A DNA stretch of 64,000 nucleotides from the sequence record MW749003.1; one strand, written 5' to 3'. Below are positions 10,334-20,265 of this stretch, piece after piece. Both the position numbers and the translations under genes were made by a program. The stretch's first letter is position 1. Each line of letters opens with the position of its first letter. Under the pieces are notes generated by a model that worked only from the letters and a program-made list of their open reading frames with translations, made no database searches and had not been told where the DNA came from.

Positions 10334-10714
10334 ATGAATAAAATGAACTCAAGTAATTATGCAGTAGTAAGAGATTTAGAAAAAGAAGAGATTTTGATTG
10401 AAGAGAGAAAGACAAAAATTGAAAATTTCTTGAGTAACTTATACAATTATACATTCTTATCATTAATTGTAATTACAGTTATTATTTGTTCTTGGAAGAT
10501 GATTGATAACCATAATATCAATGTGCAATTTAATGATGCAAAGAAAGAAGAGATTATAGTTCAAAATGGGGAAACATTATGGACAATTGTTGATAAAACT
10601 AATTTCCAAAATGATTTAGATAAAGAAACTATTATCAGAAAAATTAGGGAAATAAATAATATGTCTACTAGTGATATTGTTGCTGGGGAAACTTTAGTTA
10701 TTCCAGTTAAATAA
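10334..10714 (+). CDS. Membrane-anchored LysM protein, YneA-like cell-division-inhibitor architecture
   Basis: Single TM (TFLSLIVITVIICSW) then LysM IIVQNGETLWTI...IREINNMSTSDIVAGETLVIP. Confidence 0.7.
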   Translation: MNKMNSSNYAVVRDLEKEEILIEERKTKIENFLSNLYNYTFLSLIVITVIICSWKMIDNHNINVQFNDAKKEEIIVQNGETLWTIVDKTNFQNDLDKETIIRKIREINNMSTSDIVAGETLVIPVK

Positions 10715-10740
10715 TAAATAAAATATGGGAGTGTTGTACT

Positions 10741-11112
10741 ATGAAGCAAACAATTTTTAACATTCAGGGGCATTCAAGTTATATAGATAATGGGGTTAAT
10801 ATTCCTCTTTCCTATGATGGAGATTTTGGAGGAAAGGATTTTAATATTCAGCTATTTGGTACAGCTCTCAATATTATATTAAATAAAGATTATAATTTTA
10901 TACAATACCTAGAATATATTGAACATTTTTCAGATGATATTAGTAAATTCTTTAACTCAAATTTATTAAATGATATTAAATCCGTAGAATTTTCTTGGAA
11001 GGATAATAAAATTCGATTTGAAGTTTCTTTAGTAGGTGGAAGAGTTTATTATTCAATTGGTTTAAATGGTGAGTCATATGGTTTAGAGCTAGAAGAAGTA
11101 ATAACAGGTTAA
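10741..11112 (+). CDS. Hypothetical protein
   Basis: 123-aa ORF, SD GGGAG. Confidence 0.65.
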   Translation: MKQTIFNIQGHSSYIDNGVNIPLSYDGDFGGKDFNIQLFGTALNIILNKDYNFIQYLEYIEHFSDDISKFFNSNLLNDIKSVEFSWKDNKIRFEVSLVGGRVYYSIGLNGESYGLELEEVITG

Positions 11113-11118
11113 TTAGTT

Positions 11119-11153
11119 AATAATGAGAGCTTATGCTCTCATTATTTTTTTTT
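11119..11153. terminator. Bidirectional intrinsic terminator
   Basis: AATAATGAGAGC/GCTCTCATTATT plus T-run between convergent genes. Confidence 0.7.
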
Positions 11154-12417
11154 ATAAATTAATAATTTGTTCATCACTTGCATTTGACATGATTTTATTT
11201 TTAAGATCTCCCAATTTTAAAAATTGATGTACTTTCTTTAAATTTTCTATTTCAAGACTTCCACTATTTATCATTTTATTAATTAATTCAAGTTGCTTTT
11301 TTATATCTTTTTTCTGTTCAATTGAGATCTCTTTATTACTAGTTAACTCATGTTCCAGTTTTTTCTTAATTAATAAAATTCTCTTGTAGGTTGTTGGGTG
11401 CGGTTCGAAAAAATAAAAAAATAGATCCAATTGCATTTCATATAATGATAAATAGTTAAGGAATACTTTATTATTTGCATTTTTATTCTTTTTAAAATCA
11501 GTTAATAACGATCCTAATGAAAATCCATATCCATACATAGTAGCAAAGCTATCTGAAAATCTTTCTTGATCATAATCTTTATCAAGAAAATTAAATGCCA
11601 AATTAATAACATTATCTCCGATACTACTATTAAATATATTATTCTTAATATCATTTATTTTTTCAATATGAGGAAAGAAGTCAGATATTTTTTTATTAAT
11701 CATAGTTATTTTTGATAAACTCTTATATGTTAGATCATTTACTTTTATCTTTTTTTCTAATGTTACAGCTTTTTTAGGAGAAATAAGTGAAATTGTAAAG
11801 AATAAGACTCTATAAAAATCCCTAATTATAGCAGTGATAATATTTTTTAATATTTTATATTTAATATCACCACCATCTTTTTTTATTTTGACAATTTTAA
11901 AGAGTTGTTTTGTATAATTTAATAATCTATATAGTCCTGAAAGTGGATAAATTGAAGCTCTAAAATAATTTTTTAGATCTAACATCCTTCTTAGATAAAA
12001 AAATTGATGTCCAAATTCATGTAGAATTGCAGAAATAATTTTCTCCTCTGAACTTTCTTTTATTAATCTTGATGATAAATGAAGAACTAATTCTTTTTTT
12101 ACTTTATCCTTAAATTTATATCCCTCTTTTGTCTTTATAACTTCATAATATTCTAAGTCCATATCCTTAAAACTGTTAAAATCAATAAAAGACATAACTC
12201 CAGCATATAAATTTTTTTCATCTGGTGTAATAAGAATATTTACATTTTTTATATTAAATAATTCTTCAAATAATTTTTCTATTTCTCTTAGTTTATTGCT
12301 TTTATTTGGATTTTTTCCTTTCTTCATCATATTCTTTAAATCAGTTAGATATTCTTCACATTTAATAAGCTTATCATTTTTCCCAAAATATGATTCCAAT
12401 ATTAAAGTCTTAACCAT
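11152..12417 (-). CDS. Zincin metallopeptidase, M48-like; late gene, possibly virion-associated
   Basis: ILHEFGH (HEXXH), downstream ERFSDSFA and HPTTYKRI; SD GGAGG; late promoter 12446-12457. Confidence 0.65.
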   Translation of the reverse strand: MVKTLILESYFGKNDKLIKCEEYLTDLKNMMKKGKNPNKSNKLREIEKLFEELFNIKNVNILITPDEKNLYAGVMSFIDFNSFKDMDLEYYEVIKTKEGYKFKDKVKKELVLHLSSRLIKESSEEKIISAILHEFGHQFFYLRRMLDLKNYFRASIYPLSGLYRLLNYTKQLFKIVKIKKDGGDIKYKILKNIITAIIRDFYRVLFFTISLISPKKAVTLEKKIKVNDLTYKSLSKITMINKKISDFFPHIEKINDIKNNIFNSSIGDNVINLAFNFLDKDYDQERFSDSFATMYGYGFSLGSLLTDFKKNKNANNKVFLNYLSLYEMQLDLFFYFFEPHPTTYKRILLIKKKLEHELTSNKEISIEQKKDIKKQLELINKMINSGSLEIENLKKVHQFLKLGDLKNKIMSNASDEQIINL

Positions 12418-12445
12418 TTAAAAACCTCCTTAACGTTTAATATCT

Positions 12446-12457
12446 TATTAAAATGTT
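12446..12457 (-). promoter_or_regulatory. Late-type promoter
   Basis: AACA-TTTTAA-TA on minus strand. Confidence 0.65.
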
Positions 12458-12474
12458 TCCTAATATACATAGTA

Positions 12475-12486
12475 AACATTTTATTA
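12475..12486 (+). promoter_or_regulatory. Late-type promoter
   Basis: AACA-TTTTAT-TA. Confidence 0.65.
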
Positions 12487-12513
12487 TAAACTGACAGGAA
12501 AGGAAGAAGTTTT

Positions 12514-13674
12514 ATGAATCACACTGTGATAAAAGATAACTTAGAAAAAGCTATTCATGTTGCTTTATCTGATAAACATAATACTGACAAATTAAATCAT
12601 ATAGTCAAAAAATATATAGATCACAATAACCAAATATTATATGCAAATGCTCCATTACAACGACTTTATTTCTCTGATACTGATAGAAATCATATTTTTG
12701 AATTAACAGGAGTGAAGAAAAATTATATTGGGGAAATCATAAAGAAAGTTGATATGATTAAAAGTTCATGGAAAATTGTTAATAATCCATTCAATATTCT
12801 AATGGCAATGATTATCAGACAGTATTCTATTGATAAGAAAGAAGAGTCATTAAATAATTCTCTCCTTTACCTAACTCTTTCGCTTTATAGCTCGCTACAT
12901 TATAAGTACTTTCAGTATATTCCGAATGAGAATGTTATGAATTATACAATTAATAACTTAAATAATAAATTTTTATTTAAACAGTATGGTGTAGTAATTA
13001 AAGCACTATTTCATACAGCTAATAAAACGTTAGAAAAATATGAAAAAGATTTAAAAAGAGGTAATGATGAAGATATAGTTAACTTTTTAATGTTTCTTCA
13101 GACACGTTTAAATAACTTAATGAAAAATTTTACTAGCGAATATATGAAGAATTATAAGAGTAAAAAGTATTTGAATACTGAAAAGGATAATACAGATGAA
13201 GATAATTTTTATGAAACTGATAATGTTTCATTAATGATATCTCGTCTAACTAGTCAAACGACTAATAAGTTTTATTCAGGAGATTTAAATGATAAGCTAA
13301 TTAGAGTTTCATCTAAATTTAGTGATGTAAGTCCTATCACACTTAAATATGCTTTAGAAAGTATTAAAAAGAATGAGCGAGAAAAAGTTGAAAGCCTTAT
13401 TCAATCTATCCTACAAGTATATTTGATTGATGGAAAGAATAGTTATGAAAGTATAGCTTCTCAGAGGTTTATTGCATATTGTATTTCTATATACTCTAAG
13501 AGTAATACAAAAGATGTTAACATTCTAAGAATTAAAAAATTACTTGATTATTTCCTTAAGAATAATAGTAATAAATATAGTGAAACAGAAAGAGAAGCTA
13601 CTAGAATCAGTTATAGAAAAGCATTTTATATGTATATTGTATTATTTATCCAGCAAAATCAATTAAAACACTAA
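12514..13674 (+). CDS. Hypothetical late protein (possibly structural)
   Basis: 386-aa ORF behind late promoter, followed by inverted repeat 13676-13713. Confidence 0.75.
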   Translation: MNHTVIKDNLEKAIHVALSDKHNTDKLNHIVKKYIDHNNQILYANAPLQRLYFSDTDRNHIFELTGVKKNYIGEIIKKVDMIKSSWKIVNNPFNILMAMIIRQYSIDKKEESLNNSLLYLTLSLYSSLHYKYFQYIPNENVMNYTINNLNNKFLFKQYGVVIKALFHTANKTLEKYEKDLKRGNDEDIVNFLMFLQTRLNNLMKNFTSEYMKNYKSKKYLNTEKDNTDEDNFYETDNVSLMISRLTSQTTNKFYSGDLNDKLIRVSSKFSDVSPITLKYALESIKKNEREKVESLIQSILQVYLIDGKNSYESIASQRFIAYCISIYSKSNTKDVNILRIKKLLDYFLKNNSNKYSETEREATRISYRKAFYMYIVLFIQQNQLKH

Positions 13675-13675
13675 A

Positions 13676-13713
13676 AAGTAATTACTGTCAATCTAATTTG
13701 ACAGTAATTACTT
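13676..13713 (+). terminator. Intrinsic terminator-like hairpin
   Basis: AAGTAATTACTGTCAA/TTGACAGTAATTACTT. Confidence 0.65.
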
Positions 13714-13723
13714 ATTTCTCTTG

Positions 13724-13735
13724 AACATTACTATA
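13724..13735 (+). promoter_or_regulatory. Late-type promoter heading the 13752-22222 operon
   Basis: AACA-TTACTA-TA. Confidence 0.7.
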
Positions 13736-13751
13736 TAAATTAATAAAGGAG

Positions 13752-14102
13752 TTGAGGAATATGCCAAGTAATACAGCTAAGGGATGGGAAGACCAATTAT
13801 CATGGGATGATTCAACAAGTACAGATGGTGGTTCTTCCTCTATTACAATTGCACCTGAAGAACCAGTACAACTTATCAGAGATCCAGAAACAAATCAAGT
13901 TACTAAGGTAGTTTATGGAAACATGTCTCGGATGATGGAAGGAGAACCTGTTGTCATGTGGTCAGAAGAAATTCTTCGTGATGAGGAAACTGGTCAAGTA
14001 ATTGGTATTAGAACTGTTAGACCTAATGGAACCTCTACAGTTGAAACTATTCTTCGTGATGAAAATGGCATGTTTCTTGGTACAGAATTGAAATATGAAT
14101 AG
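13752..14102 (+). CDS. Putative structural protein with three RD-x-x-G hairpin repeats (probable start ATG 13761)
   Basis: IRDPETNQV, LRDEETGQV, LRDENGMF; first gene of late operon. Confidence 0.6.
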   Translation: MRNMPSNTAKGWEDQLSWDDSTSTDGGSSSITIAPEEPVQLIRDPETNQVTKVVYGNMSRMMEGEPVVMWSEEILRDEETGQVIGIRTVRPNGTSTVETILRDENGMFLGTELKYE

Positions 14103-14114
14103 AGGTGATATAAG

Positions 14115-14816
14115 TTGGGTTTACCAAGTTTAATTATAAACTTTGAAGAGATTAAGGATCCAATTATTAGAGCTATTAATGAAGCAGCAATTTCAGTATC
14201 AGTTGGTGATGTAACTCTAGATTCTTCTTCTATTACAATTGATACAACTGAAATTGAAAAGTCTTTAGATGATATCCTATCTAAATTAGGAACTGTTGAT
14301 AGTAATGTTAGATTAGTTCAGGATGCTAGTAAAAATATTCTTAATAGTTTAATTGCTCATGATAATAATCTTAAAAATTCAATGGATCAATTAGGAACTA
14401 AACTTGACAATATATTAAGTACAACTACGAGTATGTTTAATATATTAGAAGAAATTAAGAAACAATTGGCAACTGAAGGAAATCAAAGAGCTATTGGATA
14501 CTCACTTGCAGTTCCAAGTGTAGCTGGTAGTTACACAAAAGTTTTTACTAGTGATAAAGATACTATTTTAACTGGGATAACTATCTCTCAATCAGCATGG
14601 AATAACAATGATAAATGGTCTCTAAAAATTGGTGATTTTATTATGTTTGATAGAATTTATACTAAAAATCGTGGAGAACATAAAGAATTAAAGAAATTCT
14701 TTCCAGTACCAGCTAATACACCAGTGACCTTTCAGTTTGATAATACTAGTAGTGCCAATAGTAAATATGTATGGTTTGATATTGACTATATTGAAATTGA
14801 TAAACCTACAGTTTGA
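14115..14816 (+). CDS. Putative structural/fibre protein, MGLPS family paralog 1
   Basis: MGLPSLIINFEE; central coiled coil; C-terminal beta domain ending SKYVWFDIDY. Confidence 0.65.
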   Translation: MGLPSLIINFEEIKDPIIRAINEAAISVSVGDVTLDSSSITIDTTEIEKSLDDILSKLGTVDSNVRLVQDASKNILNSLIAHDNNLKNSMDQLGTKLDNILSTTTSMFNILEEIKKQLATEGNQRAIGYSLAVPSVAGSYTKVFTSDKDTILTGITISQSAWNNNDKWSLKIGDFIMFDRIYTKNRGEHKELKKFFPVPANTPVTFQFDNTSSANSKYVWFDIDYIEIDKPTV

Positions 14817-14832
14817 TTAGGAGGTAACTTAA

Positions 14833-15525
14833 ATGGGGCTTCCTTCTTATATAATAAACTATAATGACTCTGCAAAATATATTCAGGAGGCTATTAGAGA
14901 TGCTAGATTATCTTTATCCATAAGTGACGTTAATATGGATAAAGTCACTGAAGCTATATTAAATACTTCAGTAGTTGAAGGCAAATTAAGCTCGATAGTT
15001 GATATAAATGATGTTATTAATCAGACTATTTCTAATTTATCATCCGATATTGAAAATATATCTGACTTCATTATTACAACAAGTGAAGAAAATAAAGAAA
15101 TAATAAATCAAATTGAAACTAAATTAAAATCTCAGTTAGATGTTACAAAAAGTATTAAAGATACAGTATCTGGTATAGCTGATAAGCTAAGTCCCCAAGG
15201 AGAACAAAGAATTAAAGGTTTTTATGAATATGTTCCTCCTATAAGAGAGGATTTTATATTAGAGTTTATACAGAATAGGGATATTGAACTAACAGCAATT
15301 TCTATGTCCCAAATAGGTTGGAAATATGAAGATACCTATGATTTAATGGTTGGTGAAGATATTATATTTAGTAATATCTCTACAAAAGAAGTTGCCCAAA
15401 AAAAGAAATTTAATAAAGGACTAAAAGTATCTGCTAATACTTCTATAAAATTTATTCTTCATAATAATAGTGGTAATAGTAGACAGATGTGGTTAGATAT
15501 AGAGTATTTAATAAAGCCACAGTAA
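14833..15525 (+). CDS. Putative structural/fibre protein, MGLPS family paralog 2
   Basis: MGLPSYIINYND; ends NNSGNSRQMWLDIEY. Confidence 0.65.
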   Translation: MGLPSYIINYNDSAKYIQEAIRDARLSLSISDVNMDKVTEAILNTSVVEGKLSSIVDINDVINQTISNLSSDIENISDFIITTSEENKEIINQIETKLKSQLDVTKSIKDTVSGIADKLSPQGEQRIKGFYEYVPPIREDFILEFIQNRDIELTAISMSQIGWKYEDTYDLMVGEDIIFSNISTKEVAQKKKFNKGLKVSANTSIKFILHNNSGNSRQMWLDIEYLIKPQ

Positions 15526-15542
15526 GGAGGTTTATTCATTAA

Positions 15543-16229
15543 ATGGGAATGCCTTCTCATATTATTAATCGTGAAGATCTAGAACAAATAATTATTCAGG
15601 CTCTTAATTCTAACAGTTTAAAAGTCAATTTAACAGGTTTAAAACTTCCAGAGACAGTTATTTCAGGAAATACAGAAGGTATTGAAACTGGGATGAAATC
15701 AATATTAGATGTATTGAATACACAATCCCAGAATGCTCAAGACTTATTTATGTCTGTCAGTAACTTATTAGCAAATACTACCATAGTTGAGGACTTATAT
15801 ATTGACAGATTATATGATTTGTCATTATTAGTTTCAAAATTAATTGCTGAAGAATTAGAGATAAATGAATTATTAAATAAAATAAAAGATTATTTATCTC
15901 TAAAAGGAATTGATAAGTCAGTTAGTATCCGTAAAGATATTCCAAGTATTAATGGAACCTACTATTTGAATTGTAAAGTTTCTGAAGAATCAAATATAAC
16001 TAAAATTACAAGTTTTCAAAATCAATATGATTTTTCAGACTGTTGGGATTTAAGAGTTAATGGAGTAACTGTGTTTGAAAATGTTTTTTCTAAGGGAATT
16101 GAACAAAGAAAATATTTTTCTTCACCTTTAAAAGTTATTCCTACTGATAGAGTTGAATTCTTATTTTATAATAATAGTGGAAAACAAAAAACTATATATT
16201 ATGATATTGATTTTCTCACTATTAGCTAA
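15543..16229 (+). CDS. Putative structural/fibre protein, MGLPS family paralog 3
   Basis: MGMPSHIINRED; ends NNSGKQKTIYYDIDF. Confidence 0.65.
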   Translation: MGMPSHIINREDLEQIIIQALNSNSLKVNLTGLKLPETVISGNTEGIETGMKSILDVLNTQSQNAQDLFMSVSNLLANTTIVEDLYIDRLYDLSLLVSKLIAEELEINELLNKIKDYLSLKGIDKSVSIRKDIPSINGTYYLNCKVSEESNITKITSFQNQYDFSDCWDLRVNGVTVFENVFSKGIEQRKYFSSPLKVIPTDRVEFLFYNNSGKQKTIYYDIDFLTIS

Positions 16230-16255
16230 TTTCCTAGCTAAATAATACCCCATTA

Positions 16256-17350
16256 ATGGAAGGAGGAAGTTACTACTATTATAATAGTAGTAGCAAAAAT
16301 AATATGGCTTTAGTAGATTACAATCTTAGAAGCAATGATAAGTTCTACTACACAGAGGGTTCTACTTCTGTCGGTGATCTTATTAAAAATGTAGCCAATG
16401 AATTTGTTACAAAAGCTGGAACTGAGTATGCATGGACATTAGAATCACCATCAGCTATTTCTAATGTCACAAATAAGGTAATCCTATCTACAACAACTTC
16501 ATTTGGAAAAACTTTCTATTTAAAAATCTTTAGACCAGAGACTACAGATGCAAATAATGTAGTTTCAGTTCCACTTACTTATGTAAATATGGCTATTGGT
16601 ACTGAATATAACGCTGAAACTGAAGATTTAGTAGAGGGTAAAGTATCTCCAGTAACTAAATTATCTTGGTATAAAGATGATATTGATCCAAGTATTAAAT
16701 CATGGCTACCAGTATCATACTGGATGAATATTACAAAAGATGCAGTTAACTTAGTATTCCGTGGAGATCCATCTGCTGATAACTATCCATATAAGAAATT
16801 CTTAGTTGGCTATGCATATATTGGCTCAGTTACTCCTTTAGAAGACGGTCAATCACCAGACGTAGAATACAACTTTGGTATTACTACTTCTTCAGCAACT
16901 GAACCAGTATTGAGTAATGCTTATGGTCCAAGAACTGGTACAGGGATTACTGATATCCTAATGGTAGCAAATAAAATTGGTATGCCATATCAGCCTCATT
17001 ATCCTTCATTCTATGGTTCTAACCAATTTATGGATAAAATGAATATTGAAGGCTCACGCTGGAATAATCAAAAACATCAATTCTCAGATATTACTGTTAC
17101 TCACTCTATTGACATGGAACGTGGTAAAATGCAGAATATTCTTGTTGGTGATAATTCAGCTCTTTATGACAATGATAAACTTGTTTATAAAGAAGGTACA
17201 ACTGAACAGTTAACTTATAAGAAATTCCAGATTTCTGCACCTTATAGCTTCTTAAATAACAGTTCCAATACACAATATTGTATTGCAATTAGATGCTACA
17301 ATCCAGATGGTATTTCAAAAGTTGATGATGGAACTACAGCTACTAGCTAA
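16256..17350 (+). CDS. Putative abundant structural protein (probable start ATG 16304)
   Basis: Gly/Thr/Ser/Pro-rich, beta-prone, strong-expression codon bias; within late operon. Confidence 0.65.
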   Translation: MEGGSYYYYNSSSKNNMALVDYNLRSNDKFYYTEGSTSVGDLIKNVANEFVTKAGTEYAWTLESPSAISNVTNKVILSTTTSFGKTFYLKIFRPETTDANNVVSVPLTYVNMAIGTEYNAETEDLVEGKVSPVTKLSWYKDDIDPSIKSWLPVSYWMNITKDAVNLVFRGDPSADNYPYKKFLVGYAYIGSVTPLEDGQSPDVEYNFGITTSSATEPVLSNAYGPRTGTGITDILMVANKIGMPYQPHYPSFYGSNQFMDKMNIEGSRWNNQKHQFSDITVTHSIDMERGKMQNILVGDNSALYDNDKLVYKEGTTEQLTYKKFQISAPYSFLNNSSNTQYCIAIRCYNPDGISKVDDGTTATS

Positions 17351-17374
17351 TTAATAAGGGAGAGGATGTAGACT

Positions 17375-19954
17375 ATGTTTTTGCAACGATTCTCATTTAA
17401 AACTGGTCTACCTCTATTTGCCCATAGATTTCGTTATACATTTAAGGCTTATATTATAAATGGCTCATCAGTTTTCTTAAAAATTGATGAGTCTCCTAAA
17501 AAAATAGTTAAAAATAAAAATTTATCAATTCTTAAATCAATTCATAATCTCTATTTAAATAAAAAAGAGTTAGTACTAGATTTTTTTATAAAAGAATTAG
17601 ATAAATCGTCAAAATCCACTAAAAAATTAATTGCTTTTAATAAATTAATGGATAGGAAAATTGATAAATATACAGTAGAAATTCTTAATAAAAGGATTTA
17701 TACTGTAGAAAAAAATAACTTAAATGTATATAAAACGAACTCTTTATTGGACTATATAGAGATGGATAAAAATAAGTTAAGAAAAGAATCTCATAATATT
17801 AGCACTATTAATAGTATACATATTAATGGTACTACATATGAGATATATATTCCTAATGATAATATAAGAGTCTCTTCTAAAATGGAGCAAATTATTTATA
17901 ATACAATTGACACACTATTATCAACCAAATATAGAGATATTGATAAAAGAGAAGATTATTTTCAAATTAATAATGAATCCATGAAAAAGTTAGATTATAA
18001 GATGGATTTAATTGAACTAGATAAAAGTAATAAAAATATTATTGATATTTATAATTCAATTAATACTCTTATAAAAGATAAATATAATATGGATTTTAAT
18101 TTAAATAATATAGTTCTTGAAAATAATTCCAATAAATATATTAATATAAATAATACTGTCTATGATATTTATAAAAATTCACCATATCAAATTAATAGAG
18201 ATAATCAAGGTCACTATCTAAATACAATTATTATAAAAGATATCAATAAGAACCCTAATAACTTTGGTCTGGTTAAAAGGGTTATTAGAAGTGGAAATAC
18301 TATTAATACTGTTAGTACACTTAAAAAAGATGAAGATAAAAATATTTCTAGTATATTTAATGGATGGAAATTTATAAGAAAACAACCTACATGGGAAATA
18401 AGTAAAGCTGATAGAAGTCTCAATCTAAATAAAAATTTAATTAAAGATATATCTTTATCTAATAAAGAATTACACTTTAAGAAAAAAACTATACCCGATA
18501 TATCATTTAAGTTTCTAATTTATTCATTATCAGATATTTCCAATGTTAATATTGATTATAATACTAAAAACTTATTTCTAAGTGTAATGTCAAGGAAAGA
18601 CTTATCATTGAATAAAAATAATCATTATTTATATTTGATTGATCGGAGAGATATTTTTATTCTTCCTTTATATAATTATCTTAAGAAAACTAGTAATCAA
18701 AACTTATTTATTGATTCTAATAATAATTTTTTAACAAAAAATAGATTAATATCTATTGAATCTATGAATGACAATCAATATTTATTTGATGAAACTTTTA
18801 ATAATATTATTAATAATTTAAATATATCCAAATATTATAGCTCTAATATAGATAAAAATATAAATAAAATTAATAAATCTTTAGGTTTAATTAAATATCA
18901 TAAAGATATGAGTGATTCAATCAATAAAGATTTTAATCTAAGAATAAGACAATCAGAAGTTTTATTTAAATCTTTACCAAGCTATAATATGATTATAAGA
19001 AGTGACGATAATTTTATCTTTATTCAAAATGATGAATTCTTAAATAGTCTTGATAATAAAATTATTGGTACGAATTATGTTAAGTATGATTTACTTAAAG
19101 ATAATCCACCAAATATTATTAAGAATTATAATTACTCATCACTTGATAGATTAGCCTATGCTAATATAGATGCTGTAAAAAATATATTTATTAAAGATAT
19201 ATTAAATCCTAATATTGATATTAATATAGTAAAGAGACAATTGAAATTAATTGAGAATAAAAAACTCAATAAATTTAATTATGACAATTCAGTTAATTTT
19301 CTTACATTAAATAAACGCTGGTGGTTCATAAAACCAACTAATCCAAAGACAAGAATAAATATTCCTTCAATTGATTATCCATATGAAACTAAACCAATAA
19401 TGGAGTTAAAAGAACATCCAATTCAGGCATTTAAAGACTTAGGAACTAATGACATAGATGTAAGTATTGAAATATTACTTGAGTTAGTTAATATAGTTAT
19501 GCATTGGTGGCATCATTCTTATAATGAACTTTATAGAGGTTTAGGTGATGAATCTATTGTTGGTATTATGAATGTTTTACATGAATGGTGGAATTTAGAA
19601 TCCTCTCAATCTCAAGTTAATGATGATAAAACTAATAAAGAATATGAACGAGTTTTTAGATGGATTAGATGGGAAGCTGAAAAAGTATACTTTGATTTCA
19701 AGAAAGACTACCAAAACAATTTAATATATAACGGTAATCATTATATGGAGATACTTACAAAAAATCTTTTAGAATATGTAGAATTTCACCATTATATGAT
19801 TGTACCTCTCTATAAATCTTTAGAACGTATGGATATTATGAGAGCAATTATGGATGATGATCCACAAGGTGATATTATGGTGGAACTTCCTAATAAAAAT
19901 AAAGGTGAAAGAGATTATGTTATTGATTCTGAAGATAATAGTTATCTCTTATAA
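17375..19954 (+). CDS. Large low-complexity (N/I/K) repeat protein with conserved-looking C-terminal domain; putative structural
   Basis: 859 aa; degenerate short repeats, then KRWWFIKP...YPY...EHPI...WIRWEAEKV. Confidence 0.65.
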   Translation: MFLQRFSFKTGLPLFAHRFRYTFKAYIINGSSVFLKIDESPKKIVKNKNLSILKSIHNLYLNKKELVLDFFIKELDKSSKSTKKLIAFNKLMDRKIDKYTVEILNKRIYTVEKNNLNVYKTNSLLDYIEMDKNKLRKESHNISTINSIHINGTTYEIYIPNDNIRVSSKMEQIIYNTIDTLLSTKYRDIDKREDYFQINNESMKKLDYKMDLIELDKSNKNIIDIYNSINTLIKDKYNMDFNLNNIVLENNSNKYININNTVYDIYKNSPYQINRDNQGHYLNTIIIKDINKNPNNFGLVKRVIRSGNTINTVSTLKKDEDKNISSIFNGWKFIRKQPTWEISKADRSLNLNKNLIKDISLSNKELHFKKKTIPDISFKFLIYSLSDISNVNIDYNTKNLFLSVMSRKDLSLNKNNHYLYLIDRRDIFILPLYNYLKKTSNQNLFIDSNNNFLTKNRLISIESMNDNQYLFDETFNNIINNLNISKYYSSNIDKNINKINKSLGLIKYHKDMSDSINKDFNLRIRQSEVLFKSLPSYNMIIRSDDNFIFIQNDEFLNSLDNKIIGTNYVKYDLLKDNPPNIIKNYNYSSLDRLAYANIDAVKNIFIKDILNPNIDINIVKRQLKLIENKKLNKFNYDNSVNFLTLNKRWWFIKPTNPKTRINIPSIDYPYETKPIMELKEHPIQAFKDLGTNDIDVSIEILLELVNIVMHWWHHSYNELYRGLGDESIVGIMNVLHEWWNLESSQSQVNDDKTNKEYERVFRWIRWEAEKVYFDFKKDYQNNLIYNGNHYMEILTKNLLEYVEFHHYMIVPLYKSLERMDIMRAIMDDDPQGDIMVELPNKNKGERDYVIDSEDNSYLL

Positions 19955-19971
19955 ATAAGGAGGAAAAAAAT

Positions 19972-20244
19972 ATGGCAACAACTGGACCAACTTATAAATC
20001 AGTAGGAAGTACTAGTTCTTCTTTTAAACAACCTAGACAAAAAATGTGGGGAGTTTTTAGTCGTCCAAATTCACAAGAAGGGGCAAAATATTGGGAACTT
20101 ACTATATTAACTAATAGTCTTGAAGAAGCTAAAGAGAAAGTTAATGATTGGTTAAAGAACCCACCAACTGGTCAATATGCTCAGGCAGGATTGAATAATA
20201 TCATTCTCTGTGAAGTTGTTCCTGTTGATATGGAAGTAATTTAA
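19972..20244 (+). CDS. Small putative structural protein, KQPRQKMWGVF family paralog 1
   Basis: KQPRQKMWGVF...EAKEKVNDWL..P...AGLNNII..EVVP. Confidence 0.7.
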   Translation: MATTGPTYKSVGSTSSSFKQPRQKMWGVFSRPNSQEGAKYWELTILTNSLEEAKEKVNDWLKNPPTGQYAQAGLNNIILCEVVPVDMEVI

Positions 20245-20265
20245 CTTTAATAGGAGGAAATAATT

